Origin: Vicugna vicugna | Lineage: Eukaryota | Assembly: GCA_013265495.1 (NCBI GenBank) | Contig: MU058009.1 | Location: 2,110,001-2,174,000, forward strand | DNA: 64,000 nucleotides | Direction of reading: 5' to 3' | In this document: one piece after another, positions 11,946 to 25,900 of the stretch | How positions within the stretch are numbered: the first letter of the stretch is position 1 | Layout of the letters: the number at the start of each line of letters is the position of its first letter | The notes under the pieces: model-generated | What the model saw: only the letters and a program-made list of their open reading frames with translations | Database searches by the model: none | What the model was told of the DNA's origin: nothing | Translations under genes and position numbers: made by a program

Positions 11946-14900
11946 AAACAATGTTTTAAAAAAATGGAAGGTATAATTTTTAAAAAGATGTTTCATGAAT
12001 CAAGTTTTGGATCTACTAAAAATGTTAAACTCCTTTAGAAGAGGAATCAAAATTCTCTAAAGGACTCCTCTATAAATTACTAAAATAGCATTATCTCACC
12101 TGAAGAAACAGCACAAATACCCAGTCAGCATACAAATTTTCTGTCACAAACCTGTTTTTTAACAGCTGGTTTGTTTGAATCAGGAAGTCCACACATGATA
12201 TTTTAGTTAACAAGTTTTTAGTTAGCAATTTAGTTAATAATCTTGAGATTGAAGGGTTCCCCTCCTCCCTTTTCATCATGCATCTGCTGAAGCAGCCAGG
12301 TCCTGGGCGACCGCTGGCAGGCCCAACCTCCCCGGCACCGCCCCTCCCGCCCTGGGGCGCTGCCTGCGCCCCAGCTCCCAGCGCCTTCACAGGCGTGAGC
12401 TCCTAAAAGCCACACTGAGTGCTCTGGTGTCATGTTTTCTGCCTTACCTGCCAGCCTTCTAAAATAAACATTCATCAAGTCAACAGAAAATGGTGAAATG
12501 ACAGAAAATACAAAGATGAAAGCAACCAAAGGGCTCTAGACACTACATCCTTGCATGATGTCCCGAGGCACGGCGGGGTAGCTATCCAAGGTACAGCACA
12601 TTCACAAGTTCTCAGTATTAACTTCCAGCCTGAAAGGGCTCTTACATCCTCTGCCATCACCTACGGCATTTCTGTGTCCTCCTCCACAACCTGCGAGGAC
12701 AGGGGCAGTAACTGCACACATGCGAACACTCTCTGACGAATGCTAACACTCTACGCAGTGTGTCTGCCACTAATTAGCTCCTACTATTTTCGAAGGACAA
12801 CATAAAAGCTGTGTGAACTACAGAATATCCTTAAAGCAGAGAACAGAAACGTTATAATCACTCCTATCTGGGCAGGAAGAAGGAACATCTGATATCCCAA
12901 CATATATGATCAATTACGTGAAAACAGTTGAAATGCAGGACTACTCCATTCTGGTATATTAAACCTAGTTCCCCAATTCTTAAGCATCTGATATTAAATG
13001 ATTAGTAGAAATCAAGGTCAAAGATGTATCTACAACAGGCTGCATATCTGAGAACATGGATTCATGATATAATGTAACACAGAGGGATAAAATCAAACCT
13101 TCATAAATTTGAAAATCCAACATTTAGTACCAAGTAACATAGATTTGCCAAGGACAACTAGATAATCTCCTCTCTGTCCTCTTTCCCCTAAGAAAACATT
13201 TGTTAACTTTTTTGGCCAGTGTATCAGAATCTCCAAGTCAAAGAATAATTAAAATAATTAAATATTCTACAAACATCAACTATATCCACAAACAAGAAGC
13301 TCTTAAGTAAACAAATGGAAAAGACAATTCACTGTGCACTGGTTTTTCCACCAAAGTCAAAAAACCAGCCAGTGATTATCATCCATTCTGTCATTTTCAA
13401 ATACAGAATACAAAGTAGACATCAGCACAATAAAATATCACCTTCGACCATCACAGGGGTTTACTGTTTTCAAAGCACTCTGACGTATTTCAAAGCAAAT
13501 AACAAGTGACTCAAAGAAACTAAAACCAAGTGAAGCGTGAGAATTTTACACCTAAAATAACAGATTTTAGGGAGCTAAACTTTTAAGAAAAAACTTTGAG
13601 GATTGAATTCACTATAATCTTTCAATCACTACACAGTCTAACATTAAAGAGCTTAATAATAAAAACAGGACAACACATTCCAGGAAAGTAATAAGAAAGT
13701 ATGGTCACTTACAGCATTGTTTTCCGAGGAAAAAACTGAGGCCACTTCTTCAAGTGTGGCTTTAAAACAGATTCTCAATCCTTTTTTCTGCCCCAAAATA
13801 GTTCAAGGATATGCACACACTCATTAGGAACAATGACTCATAACCTATTTAGAGATTTATTTTGATGAACAACCTTTTGAAAAGCAAATTATCTGTAAGG
13901 GTGTCAAGCTTGTTGAGCATTCAAATCTTAAGGTGAAAATTATTTTAATTAGAACTTAATTTAATTGGAATTGGCAGCACCAAAAAAAATTTAGTTTTAA
14001 AGAGGGATGGGGAGGGAGGAAGAGCTGGATGAAATGAAGTCTCTGTTCAGCTAAGGGCAATATGAGGGCAAAAAGCAGAAGGCAGAAAGTAAACTTTGTC
14101 TAAAACTCCTTAAAAATTCACAGATGAAATAGACATAAATCATTCAGCAGAGTGTCTGGGAATCTCAGTAGGGGTAGCAGTACCCTTCGTCAAAATATTC
14201 TGGAAATGACACCAAAGTGACAGAGCGCTCAATCTCACGGACACAGGCTGTGAATCAGCCTGGGGTAATTCTGCTGCTGCTGCTGCCAGTCTTCTTAGGC
14301 TGTCGTCTCTGAGATGAGGAACATTCGTCTAACTGAATATCTGGTGCAGATGTCACAACACGAGAGTAAAGAAGAACTGGGTCAGTGGCTACTTACGGCT
14401 GCAAAGAATGAAGGGCCAGAGAAACAACTGTGTCACAGAACACACAGAACTGTAAACAACCATTAGCACGCAGAAGTTCCAGAGATTCCAACACTTGCAA
14501 AGTTAGAAGAACTCCTGCAGACCATCTCTTCCGAAGCCAGCGAGTAAACCCGACTCCAGAAATGCACGTTTCCTTTTGCTACCTTACAAATGCACGGCAA
14601 ATTTTCACATAGGATATCATATTAACTCTGGTGAGATGGTGTGGTCAAAACACCATCCCTGAATTATTTATAAGGAAACTGAAGCTTGCCAGGGGCACAC
14701 TGTACAGTGATATCAACTTCTTACATTAAAATATGTGAAGGAACAGTTAAAGTGTCTCTTCCACCAAAAATTTTTCGAATTATTTCCCAGTCCTTTCTGC
14801 TTTCCTATAATACTTTCAAAAATACAAGAGAAACAGACATAGAGAGGTAAAGTGATTTGCCAAAAGACCTGAGGGTGGAGGAGCCTGACTTGAGATTCTT

Positions 14901-17729
14901 CACTTAACCACTAAGCCATTCCCCCAAAAAAGCCACCAGGTATGGTCACTTCTAGTTCCTAGGAGGGTGGTAAGTAGGGGAATGTGTCACATAACTGAGA
15001 TTATATGTAACAATCCCCCTCCAACCCCGCACACTGTTGTCAGCCAGGCACAGAGTTTGCCACACAGGGGAACGAGGCGGCAAAGAGCAGGGGGCAGCGC
15101 GCCGCGGGCGGCCCCCTCCCCCACCCCGTGCCCCTGCTGCACTTCGGTGCGGTCCCGCCCTATGTGTTGGGCTTTCTGCAAGGCGCTTCCTCCTTCCGGC
15201 GTACTTGGCCCTTGTCTCTGTAATTCAGCAGTCTCGATCCTCCATTCCACCCCTTTCTAGCAAGCAACCATCACCCTTTCTAAAAGGTAAAATTCTAAAT
15301 TTACTGTAACATTCCTTTACTTATTCACAATTTGACAGGTCTTTTTAACTGTGCTATTATTAGGACTGTTCTTGCTTTTATGAGTTCTCTGCATACAAAG
15401 CCGTGCAGTCTTTGAGTGATTTGCGCAACCCTGTTTTTACCAGACCTTTTATTTTTAGTGGATGGTTTGTAAAACGTCACAAGATTTTTCAAAACTATAT
15501 ATGTCACATTACAGCAAAAACAACTGTATAAAAAACAATGTTTTAAAACCAGCATCAGTATTTACTACATACTGTCAGCCTTACTACAAAATAAAACTGC
15601 AGCCATCAGAAACACTGGACACCTAACACAACAGAACAGCTCTCTAGTCCCCACCCCTCTCGGAGCCGTCTGCATACCCAAAGCCAGGCCTCCTCAGAAG
15701 GCACATACAAGAACTACGGAAACACCCACAACTGGGCAGCAGAGTCACTCGAGGAACTTAAAAAAGAAACAGACCCCCCACCCCCACGAAGACCTACCGG
15801 ATTTCCAGAGTCCAGATTCCAGACCCTGTACTGAAGTTCTTCAGCTGATTCTATTTATCCGGCAGCCCAGCTGTATGATGATCAGGTATTTGCATAAGAA
15901 AGCAAAAAGCACAAAAATCAAGCCCCTGAAATGACCTGCTTTTATTTTCTGATATGACCAATAATTCACATGAGAGAAACAGCATTCCTAAATGAAGAGC
16001 AATAAAATTGTATAAAGTCACTTTTGAATCCTATAACTCAGAATTTATCAATTCAAACATGGAGGGGCGTTCACGAGATGCGGTTATTACGAGGCTTGCA
16101 CGAGTGGAAGTAGTAACGTATAACTATCAACTGTGCCCTCTGACTGTTGCCCGATACACAAGTAAGTCCCTCGTTGTGAGAAATGGGAGGAAAACCACGG
16201 TGTTTGTAATATACGCACAGGGAGGAAGTTGTCATTTCTTGGCCCAGAGCTGACACCTGAAAGAAGGAAAGTCACCACCTTCTTTGGACTTCTTATTTTG
16301 GAGTTCTTGGATCTAATGGGGCATATGATTCTCATTAAAGCCTTACCAATACTACTATACTACCCACTACCAACCACACTGCTTAATTTACCTCAACATA
16401 ATTTACAGTTATTTCTCCATTAATAGTTCTTACTTAAATGCTTATATGAATCTACCACAGTTGGCAGGATATTATAGCTACTCTAATACAAAAGGTGGTA
16501 CAACGAGAAACATTCTAGATTGAAGTTAGAGCAAAGTATGCTTATACAAAATGCTCTAGGAAACTCCATGGCATGTTATGTACTTAAATGATTTTACTTG
16601 AATATTTGTGATACAACATACCTACAAGAAAATAACAAAGTTTTAGCTTGGGGGTTAAAATTTTGCTCATTTTACATACAAACAAATCTTATTTGGGCTA
16701 CAAAATATGATTGACTTGGATCTCAAATTATATTTTTATCTTGCCTTTACCTAGTTGTCCCCAAAAAATATACATGACATCTTAATTTTATTTGTCAAAT
16801 GGCAAAGGTTACTATTTCATAATAGTACATTTCAAATAAACTACTATAAAGAATCTATGAGCTTTCATTTGTCTAAGTCTCCAATGTTCTGACTCATTTT
16901 GGAAGTTCTATTTGAAATTTAAAAGATGTAAATTGAGATATAGGGTAATCAAGAAATGCCTCCAAGGCATTACGTGCTGCTAAGCTCAAGGAAACTCCAA
17001 TTTCATTGAAAATAGACAAAATCACTGCTTCGGTTAAACCAGAAAAATACCCCGGGAGGTATTTTATCTGACACAAAGGATGTGGTTTAAACCTACAGCA
17101 GCTAAATTTTAATCTTCCACTTGTCAGAACCACTTGCCAAAGGCAAATGATGGCATGTAATAATGTACTGAAATTTCCTGCAATCGGCAGCAGGTAATAG
17201 CAATGGAGAAAAGTGACAGATGCAAGAGTCTGAGAAGTCATACAGCACGCTGCAACCCTAATTAAGCAACCTACTGCGGGACGTGTCACAGTGTGCCCCA
17301 CCTCAGGTGCATTATGGAAATGTACATATTGGATGAAAACTCCTGCAAATGTTACAGGTTGCCTTATCCTGAATTAAAATTTTGTTGCAAATAACACTTT
17401 AATAATGCAACATTGTTATAACACTACATAAGCCATTTAAAAACAGATTTATTTCAAATAGATATAGTGCTCTGTAGCAGCCTAAATGACTAATCTTACC
17501 AAAGATGCTAAAGGGATGATGAACTGAGACATTAAATGAGGACAGGAAAGACAGGGAAGCAGACTACAGGCTTTAGTTTTGTAGGGGGAAGGTGGGTATG
17601 TTTTAAATAATTTTTTAAATAAAAATTATAAAAATCTTGAAGGGAAGAACAATAACTCATATTTATCTTGTTTCATGCTTGTTGCTCAAGAAGCAAGTTT
17701 TCAAAGACAACTGCAGTCGTTCTTGCCCC

Positions 17730-18005
17730 AAAAGCCCATTACCCCAGTCCAACATGAGGAAAAGGTCAAATTCAAACTGAGGGACGTTCTACAAAATAAC
17801 CTACGAGTACTAATCAAAACTGCCACGGTCGTCAAAACTAAAACCTCTAGGAACTGTCACAGCCAAGAAGCGCCCACGGAGAAATGATGGCCAAGGGTAA
17901 TCTGGTATCCTGGAGCAGAAAAAGAACACTAGAAATCAAGACTCAAATAAAATACGAACCTAAGGTAATAATTATATGTCAATACTGGTTCGTACATGTG
18001 ACAGG
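17730..18005 (+). mobile_element. L1 (L1MC/MD-like) 3' region fragment
   Basis: CAAACTGAGGGACGTTCTACAAAATAAC...AACTGTCACAGCCAAGA...TGGTATCCTGGA...TCAATACTGGTTC matches recalled old L1 3'UTR motifs. Confidence 0.7.
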
Positions 18006-18589
18006 ATTCCACAAAGAAGCAAAGAAAATCAAGCAACTAAGCTGAATAAGGTTTTTAAACTTTGAAAACAAAGTTTCAAGTAAAGAATGAATCAACTGGA
18101 CATTTGCCCGTACATGCCGCTTGAAGCAAATCACACTTCGGTACTGTCTTGAAATAAGTATAGAGGGCCAACACCAGAAATTTCTGTGTGGACATAAAGA
18201 CACCAACTCCATTTGCCGGCCTTCATCTTGAATTCTGGTGAAGAGCTGACAGGCTCCGTGGTGATGGTGAAGTAATAAAATGCGAACCAAGAGAACAGCG
18301 GAGCCAGTGGCACTCTCACACACTCACGGCAAGCTTACGTTCAGAGAGAAAGTGGTGAGGACAGCAATGCAGGGCCAGTGTCCCAGGCACTGCACCTCCA
18401 TACTCGGTCATCGCTGCAGAATTCTCAGAATCACACCGGAAGATGTGCCAAGAGATTCAAAATTTTAGGAGGCTCTAGTCATTCAGATTATAAAAGCTTG
18501 TAACAGAATGGTTAGGTATTAAAAACCTAATAAAGCAAACCAATGAGAGTCAAAGAAAGGAATCCACATGTACTGAGGTTTAAACACCA

Positions 18590-19080
18590 GTCCTAAGAGT
18601 TACATCAGGGAAAGTGGTAAAGGAAGAACCTCTGAACATTCTCTCCTCAACTTTTTAAAACTTCTGGAAATTAGCCAGATCAACCAAAGGCTTGCAGCGA
18701 TCCAGGAAGCCTTTTTCCCCCAATAAAACTGACTGAATCTCAGTAGGAAGAGTGAGTTCTGTTAACTTGCCCTAACTGCACCCCTGCCCTGCAGTCCCAC
18801 GGTAGCCTTGAAAACCAACAGCCAACAACCCATGAACACCAGCAGCCTGGCAGACACGTGAGGTTTGGAGCTGCTTCAAAGCTTCATTCCCAAGGAATTC
18901 TCAACATAGGGACCTACCTGGTGACTCCCTGTAACACCCTCCTTGCACAGCGGTCTTTATCTATCCGACTCGGAGACCAAACTGAGGGCTGGAAGTCTGC
19001 AGAGACTGCAAGGGCACAAGAGGTAAATGTGGAGAGGCTGTCAGCAACACCGGGGGCACAGGAAAAGGATCGTACCTGAA
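18590..19080 (+). mobile_element. Probable old L1 5'-region fragment
   Basis: AACCAAAGGCTTGCAGCGATCC...CTGAATCTCAGTA...GGTAGCCTTGAAAACCAACAGCC resembles L1M 5'-end consensus as recalled. Confidence 0.5.
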
Positions 19081-20339
19081 TCCCTTCAAGTAAGCCAATT
19101 TTTTAAAATTAAGTTACTTAAGGATGTTAATTACCACCTTAACTGGATCAAACACTTGGCATAATAAGATATACATGCGTGCATGCATGCGTAACGTTAA
19201 TGTGGCCAGATAGCAATTAACAAAAATGATGTCTAAGCTGCTAACGAAAAATAAGCAGTTAGCTGCTACTTAAGACCGGGAACGTCAGGTGGCACTCTTG
19301 TAAAAGAAATAATTAGAGTAACACAGGCTGAAAATATGAACCTCAAGTTTAACATTACACTGACTAGCCAATTCAGATTATTTTACACAACATACTTTAA
19401 TAGAAACCACTTTATTTTTTTCCTGAATACGCAATCCATATCTTTGAGGAAATGCTTCAGATGCTACTGAAAAAGTGATTGTTTTTGGACAAAAGTCTCT
19501 CCCTGAGCTCTCTCATTTAAGTTTGCATTGAGGATGCGAGTAAAACGAATAGTGAATGATGCACTGTATTCCATAACATATTTACTGGTTCGTTCTGTTT
19601 ACTTTTATTTTTATTTGGTTACAAACATCTTATGGTAAAAGCATTTCTGTTTGGATATGGAAGGAAAGCAAATTAACTATTTAGGCATTTTTGTCTTCTC
19701 CAAACTAAACTTGTGACATCAAATTTAACCTTTTAAATGAAATTTCTCATGAGTAATATTTCACAATTTTGAGAACTGAGAGGAAAACTTTTTTTTTTAA
19801 ATGAGATTAAAGTATCTTTGGACTAAGTGAGATCAACAGAAACTCATTTACTACATATCAAGTCAATTCAATGACTGGCTAACCTTTAAAATGTAAAAAT
19901 CTATCAAATAAGAGCCTAAAAATTAATATAGTATTCAATATATAAAATAATTTTTCATAGTTATATAACACATAAATACTTTATTGTTCTTATGCATACA
20001 TTTATCCTGTTGTGTTGATGTTGTTGCCTTACGTTAAGAAATCCTGCCTAAGTTTTGACACCTATTAAACGTGTAGCTGACAATTATGTTTTCTGACAAC
20101 AGATGAAAGCTCAGTAGAGAAACATTTTTTTATTAAATACACTAACAAACAAACACCTGGAATGTCTTCATCATCAAATTTAAGCTTGACAGACTACCAG
20201 AAATCAAAAATACAGAACTTTCAATTTCAAAACCTAGGGAAATCCTGGTTCTGGTAATGGCAGAGTAGCTTTTATTTTTCCACCAAGTTGTCTGTCTCCA
20301 ATGTCAACTGTAAACAAAACCTAAGTACTTGAAAAGACA

Positions 20340-20602
20340 GAAGAAGAACATCTAATGGATGGCCATAAGCTCTGAAGGGCCATCCCATCTGAGAACCCCC
20401 TACAGAGTCAGTTATGTTTGCTTTCCTGCCATATCCCGACAAAAATGCATCACAGCCCAACCTCTCCCTCTACCCACTTCTTCCTTCCCTTCTCTTCCCT
20501 TCTCTTCCTCAGGTGTTGATACCAATAACATACTAATAAACTTCCTTCACATTAATCTCTGCCCAATAGAGTTTGCTTCCCAAAGGAACCCAGCTTACCA
20601 CA
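20340..20602 (+). mobile_element. ERVL-class LTR fragment (LTR33-like)
   Basis: 3' end AATAAACTTCCTTCAC...AATCTC...AGAGTTTGCTTCCC...GGAACCCAGCTTACCACA is typical of ERVL LTRs. Confidence 0.55.
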
Positions 20603-20807
20603 GCAACCAAACACCAGCAAAACTACCGAGGATTCAACCACTTAAAAAAACACCACACTCATGGGTGAGATCCACACATCTAACCTTTTCCGCTGAGAGC
20701 ACATCCCAGTTTCCAAGGTAACTGGGGTAACGAGAGCAGAAAGTCAGTCTTATTTGTCATCAGTGTCACTTGACACTGGGGTCACCAACGTGGGTGTAAA
20801 TCCAAGG

Positions 20808-21012
20808 GTGCAATTAGCATTATGCCTTTAAAAATGTTATTAATCAACTGATTAATATTTGATCAACTTAATATCAATTTTTTGCTAAAAAAAGGCTAAC
20901 CATCATCTGGGCCTTCAGTGAGTCATAATCTTTTTGCAACAGCAACATCAAAGATCACTGATCACAGGTCACCATAACAAATATAACAATAATGAAAAAG
21001 CTTGAAATATTT
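20808..21012. mobile_element. Tigger1-derived, internally deleted DNA transposon fragment
   Basis: GCTAACCATCATCTGGGCCTTCAGTGAGTCATAATCTTTTTGC is joined directly to AACATCAAAGATCACTGATCACAGGTCACCATAAC; these motifs come from opposite ends of Tigger1. Confidence 0.75.
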
Positions 21013-21029
21013 TCATAATAACTTACTAC

Positions 21030-21605
21030 CTTTTCACTGTGTTGCCATGATGGTGTAAAACCTAATGGATAAAAATGTAACCATGAACAAAGGCAGTGTA
21101 ATAAACTATAGTATAGTAAGTTATCGTACTCTTCACTAACATGCACTCACAATTTCAAAAAAAAATCCACTTTCACGTAAAGTACTTTTGAAGCAGTAAA
21201 AATTATTAACTGTATTCAATCTTCACCCTTGAATCCATGTATCTCTTTAGTCCTCTGTGTGATGACATGGAAGCATGCACATAGCACTTGAGACTTCAAT
21301 ACACAACAGAGTGCTGTCTCTGAGGAAATCACATGACAGACTGAGATTAGGGATGAATTAGCTCCATTTTTCACTAAATGCCATTTCTATCTGAAAGACA
21401 AACAAATTATGGCTACTCAAACCATATTTGACAGATATTTTCTCAAAAAAGTGGGTCTGTCACTTCAAGGAAAATAATTGTCAGTGTTTGTGGCAAATGA
21501 TAAAATCTTAACTTTCAAGTAAAGTGATATTTTTGAAAAATTTGTATCTGACACTGTGAGCTTGAACAGCTTTTCTGATCAGGTTGGTGATAATATTAAC
21601 ACATG
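21030..21605 (+). mobile_element. Charlie1-like hAT transposase remnant
   Basis: GAAGCAGTAAAAATTATTAA, TGTCTCTGAGGAAA, CTGTCACTTCAAGGAAAA and GCAAATGATAAAAT match Charlie1 internal sequence as recalled. No intact ORF. Confidence 0.75.
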
Positions 21606-24600
21606 ATCTCATACGGCCAAAATCAAGGTGTCAGGGGCTGCAAGATAAAAGACAGTGGTAGAGCCAGAGTTATGGCCACAGAGCAAGGAGCAGCAGGACG
21701 AAGTGCACAGGAAAGGCCTGGAGCCGGACCCAGGAACCAGCTCTACCACCCGCAGATCCCACAGAACAGACTCGAGTGGATGAATGAGAGTCAGTGAGCG
21801 CAGGCCTCCGGCTCCGCGACACAAGGCTCCCCCAGTAGATGCCTAAGTGCTGCCCAGGACTGGCCTCGCTTTTTAAAAGCCCTTTCTATAGATTGCTGTC
21901 ACTTACGTGCAGACGTGTTTGAAAGCAGATTAAGAAATTGATTTTAAGTAGGAAAAAAAAATCCTTACATGAACTCTTTACCTCTAACAATCAAAAACTG
22001 GCTAAAGACTACCCCTCCGCACCCAGCTCCCAACATTCTTTATTCTTTTCATAACTCTGTCATATTTCTCCCTGAAAATAAGAAACAAATTATTTTCAAC
22101 ACTAAAATACTTATGGAGCGAAGACAATAATGCAACAACCTGAACGTGTAACAACAGGCACTAGCTGAAAATCCAGGACACAGCCATTCAAGGGAACACC
22201 AGGCACTCTTAAAACAGAGCAGTGAGGGACACACCTTACATGATCCAGAATTAAGTAAAAAATAAATAAATAAATTTTTTTCAGGGTACCGAACAATACA
22301 TATAGAAGGTTATAATTTCTGTTTAAAGAAGGGAAAAGAAAAAATATACATATATAAAATAACTATACTCTTATTTGCAAATGCTTAAGATATCTCTAGA
22401 AGGATACACAAGGAATGAATATTATAAACTATTGCTTTTGAATTTTGAACATCTGAATGTATTTATTATTCAAAAAATAAACTCTAAATTTTAAAATAAT
22501 AAAAGAAGACTATAATGAAAAACAAATATATTCTGCAAAGCAGTGGTAACTTTTCAAAGAGAAACTATCCCAAGGTAGGCATTCTTCTCATGTCGATCAC
22601 GTACAGTCACAACACGGATGGAAACACCATCCACAAAGAGCACGCTGCTCCGTGGTTCTGACAAATCTTATTTGAAGCTTTTTAACAATTTTAAATTAGG
22701 TTTAATCAAGTTAACAACTATTTTCATGTTTTGAATGCTATATGATCTTACGTATGTATAAATTAGATTGGTTTATTTCTCCTCTTATTTATCTTTTTTC
22801 TGCTTGAAGAAAGATTTATATCTATTAATACCAAAAGTATACCAACAACCAGTATCAATTCATGCCCATCTCTTGATTCGTAAAATAGTCCAGTTTTTTA
22901 ACTAGAAAAAAAACTGCTCCTACTAGCTTTTAATAAGACCTGTGGGGGGTTTCCTAAGCGTTAGATACCTGAGTATTTTCACCTAACGTGACCTATCACT
23001 GCCTTTGTACACCCAACCACAGAAGTCAAAAGTGGTTATATTTCCTGTTGGAGGACATTTCAGACTATTACATTTTAAACCAGACAATTCAATCAAAAAC
23101 CTGCCATCTTCATATTACTTTTCAAAGCGGAAGTACTGTAACAAGTGCCAAGGAATACAGAAAGTTAAAAAGGCACATCTTCGAAGGAGGGGTCAATTAT
23201 AAACATTGTTATATTTACATAAATTTGAATATATTATGGTATGTGCATTGCAAAAGTCATGTGGATCTTTAAGATAAATATGAAATTTCAAAGAAACTTA
23301 GAGCTACTTAACTTACATCTGGCATCAGGTGTACCTCAGTAGAGTGTCTGTGATTCACTACCCTACCACCAGCTGGTTTTATTCTAGTTTAGAAAAAGGT
23401 ATACAAACAATTAAATAGGGTTCTACTTACAAGGTCCCTATTTTTCCCCAGAAATTTGCATTTAATTTGAAAGCAGTAAGATGACAGACAGATCAACTAA
23501 AATGCCTGCTGTATTTCAACACATTCCTGATTTTGGTTATCAGTTCTCCCGAGGTTTGAATCACCACCAAACGATGATGACATATTTACTTACTTGACAG
23601 TACAGCACATGTAGGATTCAGCAGGTATTAATGCAAAAACTGAAAAAATAAAATAACCTTTTGCTGATTTGCTATAATGGACAAGTTTTCCTTGTTTACT
23701 ACCTGAGAGTTCCTTTAAAGAGGATGCATTTGAGTCCGGCCTCTTCATTCCACCGCCTTGCAGATAACTAACTGCCAACGTCCTCTTTGGGGCAGCACAC
23801 TCACAGACAAGGTCTAAGCTGCTACATTGAACAGGTGACCACTGGTGACCGACCACCTTTATATTTGTTTATGCAGAAATCAAATGAAAGAATGATAAAT
23901 CATTTCACCCAGATATAGCAAGCAGATTGCAGTTTGCAATCTCTGTTTCTTTTAGCTAAGGTTTGTCAAACACCTTCCTCTAAGCAAACACGGCTGCTCC
24001 CTGCTGGACTGCTTTCCCTGCGACTGCTCTCCAGTTTTCTGTATTTTTGTACAATACTCTGTCTCAAATGGTACTTCTGTTGTGTAGCCTCCAGCAGTGT
24101 GCCCCTGTGTGCAGCACTTGGAAGAGCAAACCTCAGAAGGACCCAGTATTTGCATTCACATTTGCACAAATCTTAATGACAATTTGCAAAATTCCTACAC
24201 AGCACATTCAGCTTATTCTAAGGCAACATTCAAGTTAACTGCCCTATTTTCTGAATATCTATTCCATTTTCTCACATACTGACTGCCTAGCAATATATTT
24301 CTACATTTCTCTACATAGCTGGACAGGAGAGGGGGGAGGGTATGAAAAGTCAAAGGAGGTATTTTCTATAGGTAATGGCCAGAACAGTGACGTAAGTGCT
24401 TTATCAAATAAGCTGTAGGCAGCTGGGTGTTTTTAATCGGTCATTACTGCAGCACTGTTTTTATGAGCCTATTGTGTACAGCTTATTGCCTTCTTAATTC
24501 ATATTCAGAGGACCCAGGAGAAATCATGTTTTCTTATTGTTGCCTATTGGTTCATTAAAATCTGTATTTCACAGAATGAAGCTAGTTATCTCACCTAAGA

Positions 24601-24665
24601 GATGGAAGACTGAAAAAGCATCTAAGGAATAAAACTACACCACAAAATATTAACCATAAAAAGCT

Positions 24666-24907
24666 TGTATGGAAAACAGTATGGAGATTCCTTAAAAAAA
24701 CTGAAAACAGACTTACCCTATGATCCAGCAATTCCACTCCTGGGCATGTATCCAAAGAAAACTGTAATTCAAAAAGACACATGCACCCCAATGTTCACAG
24801 CAGCACTATTTACAGTAGCCAAGACATGGAAACAACCTAAATGTCCATCGACACATGACTGGATAGAGAAGCTGTGGCTTATTTATACAGTGGAATACTA
24901 CTCAGTT
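24666..24907 (+). mobile_element. L1 ORF2 C-terminal fragment (relatively young)
   Basis: ORF 24665..24913 reads LKKLKTDLPYDPAIPLLGMYPK...CTPMFTAALFTVAKTWKQPKCPS...EYYS, the L1 ORF2p C-terminus. Confidence 0.92.
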
Positions 24908-24989
24908 ATCTGAAAGCCAGATTTTAAGATAAGAATTGCAACAGGTATAACTGGCAAGTGAGACCCACATCTTTAAAATCTTAACTTTA

Positions 24990-25022
24990 GAAAAAGAATA
25001 TAAATATATATACACACACACG

Positions 25023-25054
<32 letters not shown>

Positions 25055-25125
25055 AAACTGAATCACATTGCTGCACACCAGGAACTAACATAACATGGTA
25101 AATCAACTATATTTCAATTGAAAGA
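24990..25125 (+). mobile_element. L1 extreme 3' end with (TA)n/(CA)n
   Basis: AACTGAATCACATTGCTGCACACCAGGAACTAACA...AAATCAACTATATTTCAAT is a cetartiodactyl-type L1 tail. Confidence 0.8.
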
Positions 25126-25249
25126 AAAGTTAAGTTTTATGCCCAGATTTAATTCTACAAGCATTTTATGTGCAGATAATACATAGAAAATGAAGATTAC
25201 AAAGAAAAGTCCCTTCCTTGGAATTTATAGTGGGAGAGGTGAGAGAAGA

Positions 25250-25690
25250 AATTTGTACGAACAAGGCAGAATGATAGTTGCCTGAAAAATTACAAAATGT
25301 TGTGGGATCTCCAGGAGGGAAAAATCTATTTTAAAAAAGTTGTGTGTATGTCTCGTAAATTTGGGGGGAAGTTTCTTGAAGAGTGGTATCTGCGGTGGAT
25401 TTTAGAGAGGTGGCTTGGCTTCCACAGACTGAGTACAGTTTGACGGATTAATGTGGGAGCAGGCACAGGTGGCATAGAATAGAACGTATCTGGAAAGTGG
25501 GCAGTAGTGTGTGTTGGCAACCACGTGGGCGATGAGAAGGATTAACTGGAGATGACGTTAAGGCTAACATGCTAAGGAGTTGGGCTCTGTTCTGTAGGTG
25601 TTTGAAAACACTTGGAGGTATTTTATTTGAGCAGGAACTGATCTCATCCAATCTGTATTTCAGGAAGGTTATCCTAGGTGGACTGAGAGA
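25250..25690 (-). mobile_element. L2 LINE fragment
   Basis: Purine-rich degenerate L2 motifs (TAAGGAGTTGGGCTCTGTTCTGTAGG...GAGCAGGAACTGATCTCATC). Confidence 0.55.
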
Positions 25691-25699
25691 GAGAGTGTG

Positions 25700-25900
25700 C
25701 TGGTAGTTGGGAGCGTGAACTCTGGAGTCTTCGGCACTGGGACACCTCCTGGCTCTGTCACTCTTGGTAATACGATCAATCACGAGTTTACTCATCTGCA
25801 AAATGGTGCTGATGGTGGTACTCAGGGAGCTGTTGTGATGAATAAATGAAATTACGCAGTGGAGTGCTTACTACGTGTCTTAACAGAGTAAGTGCTCACA
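25700..25900 (+). mobile_element. MIR SINE
   Basis: ACTCTGGAGTC...CCTGGCTCTGTCACT...CTCATCTGCAAAATGG...GTAAGTGCTCA. Confidence 0.75.
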
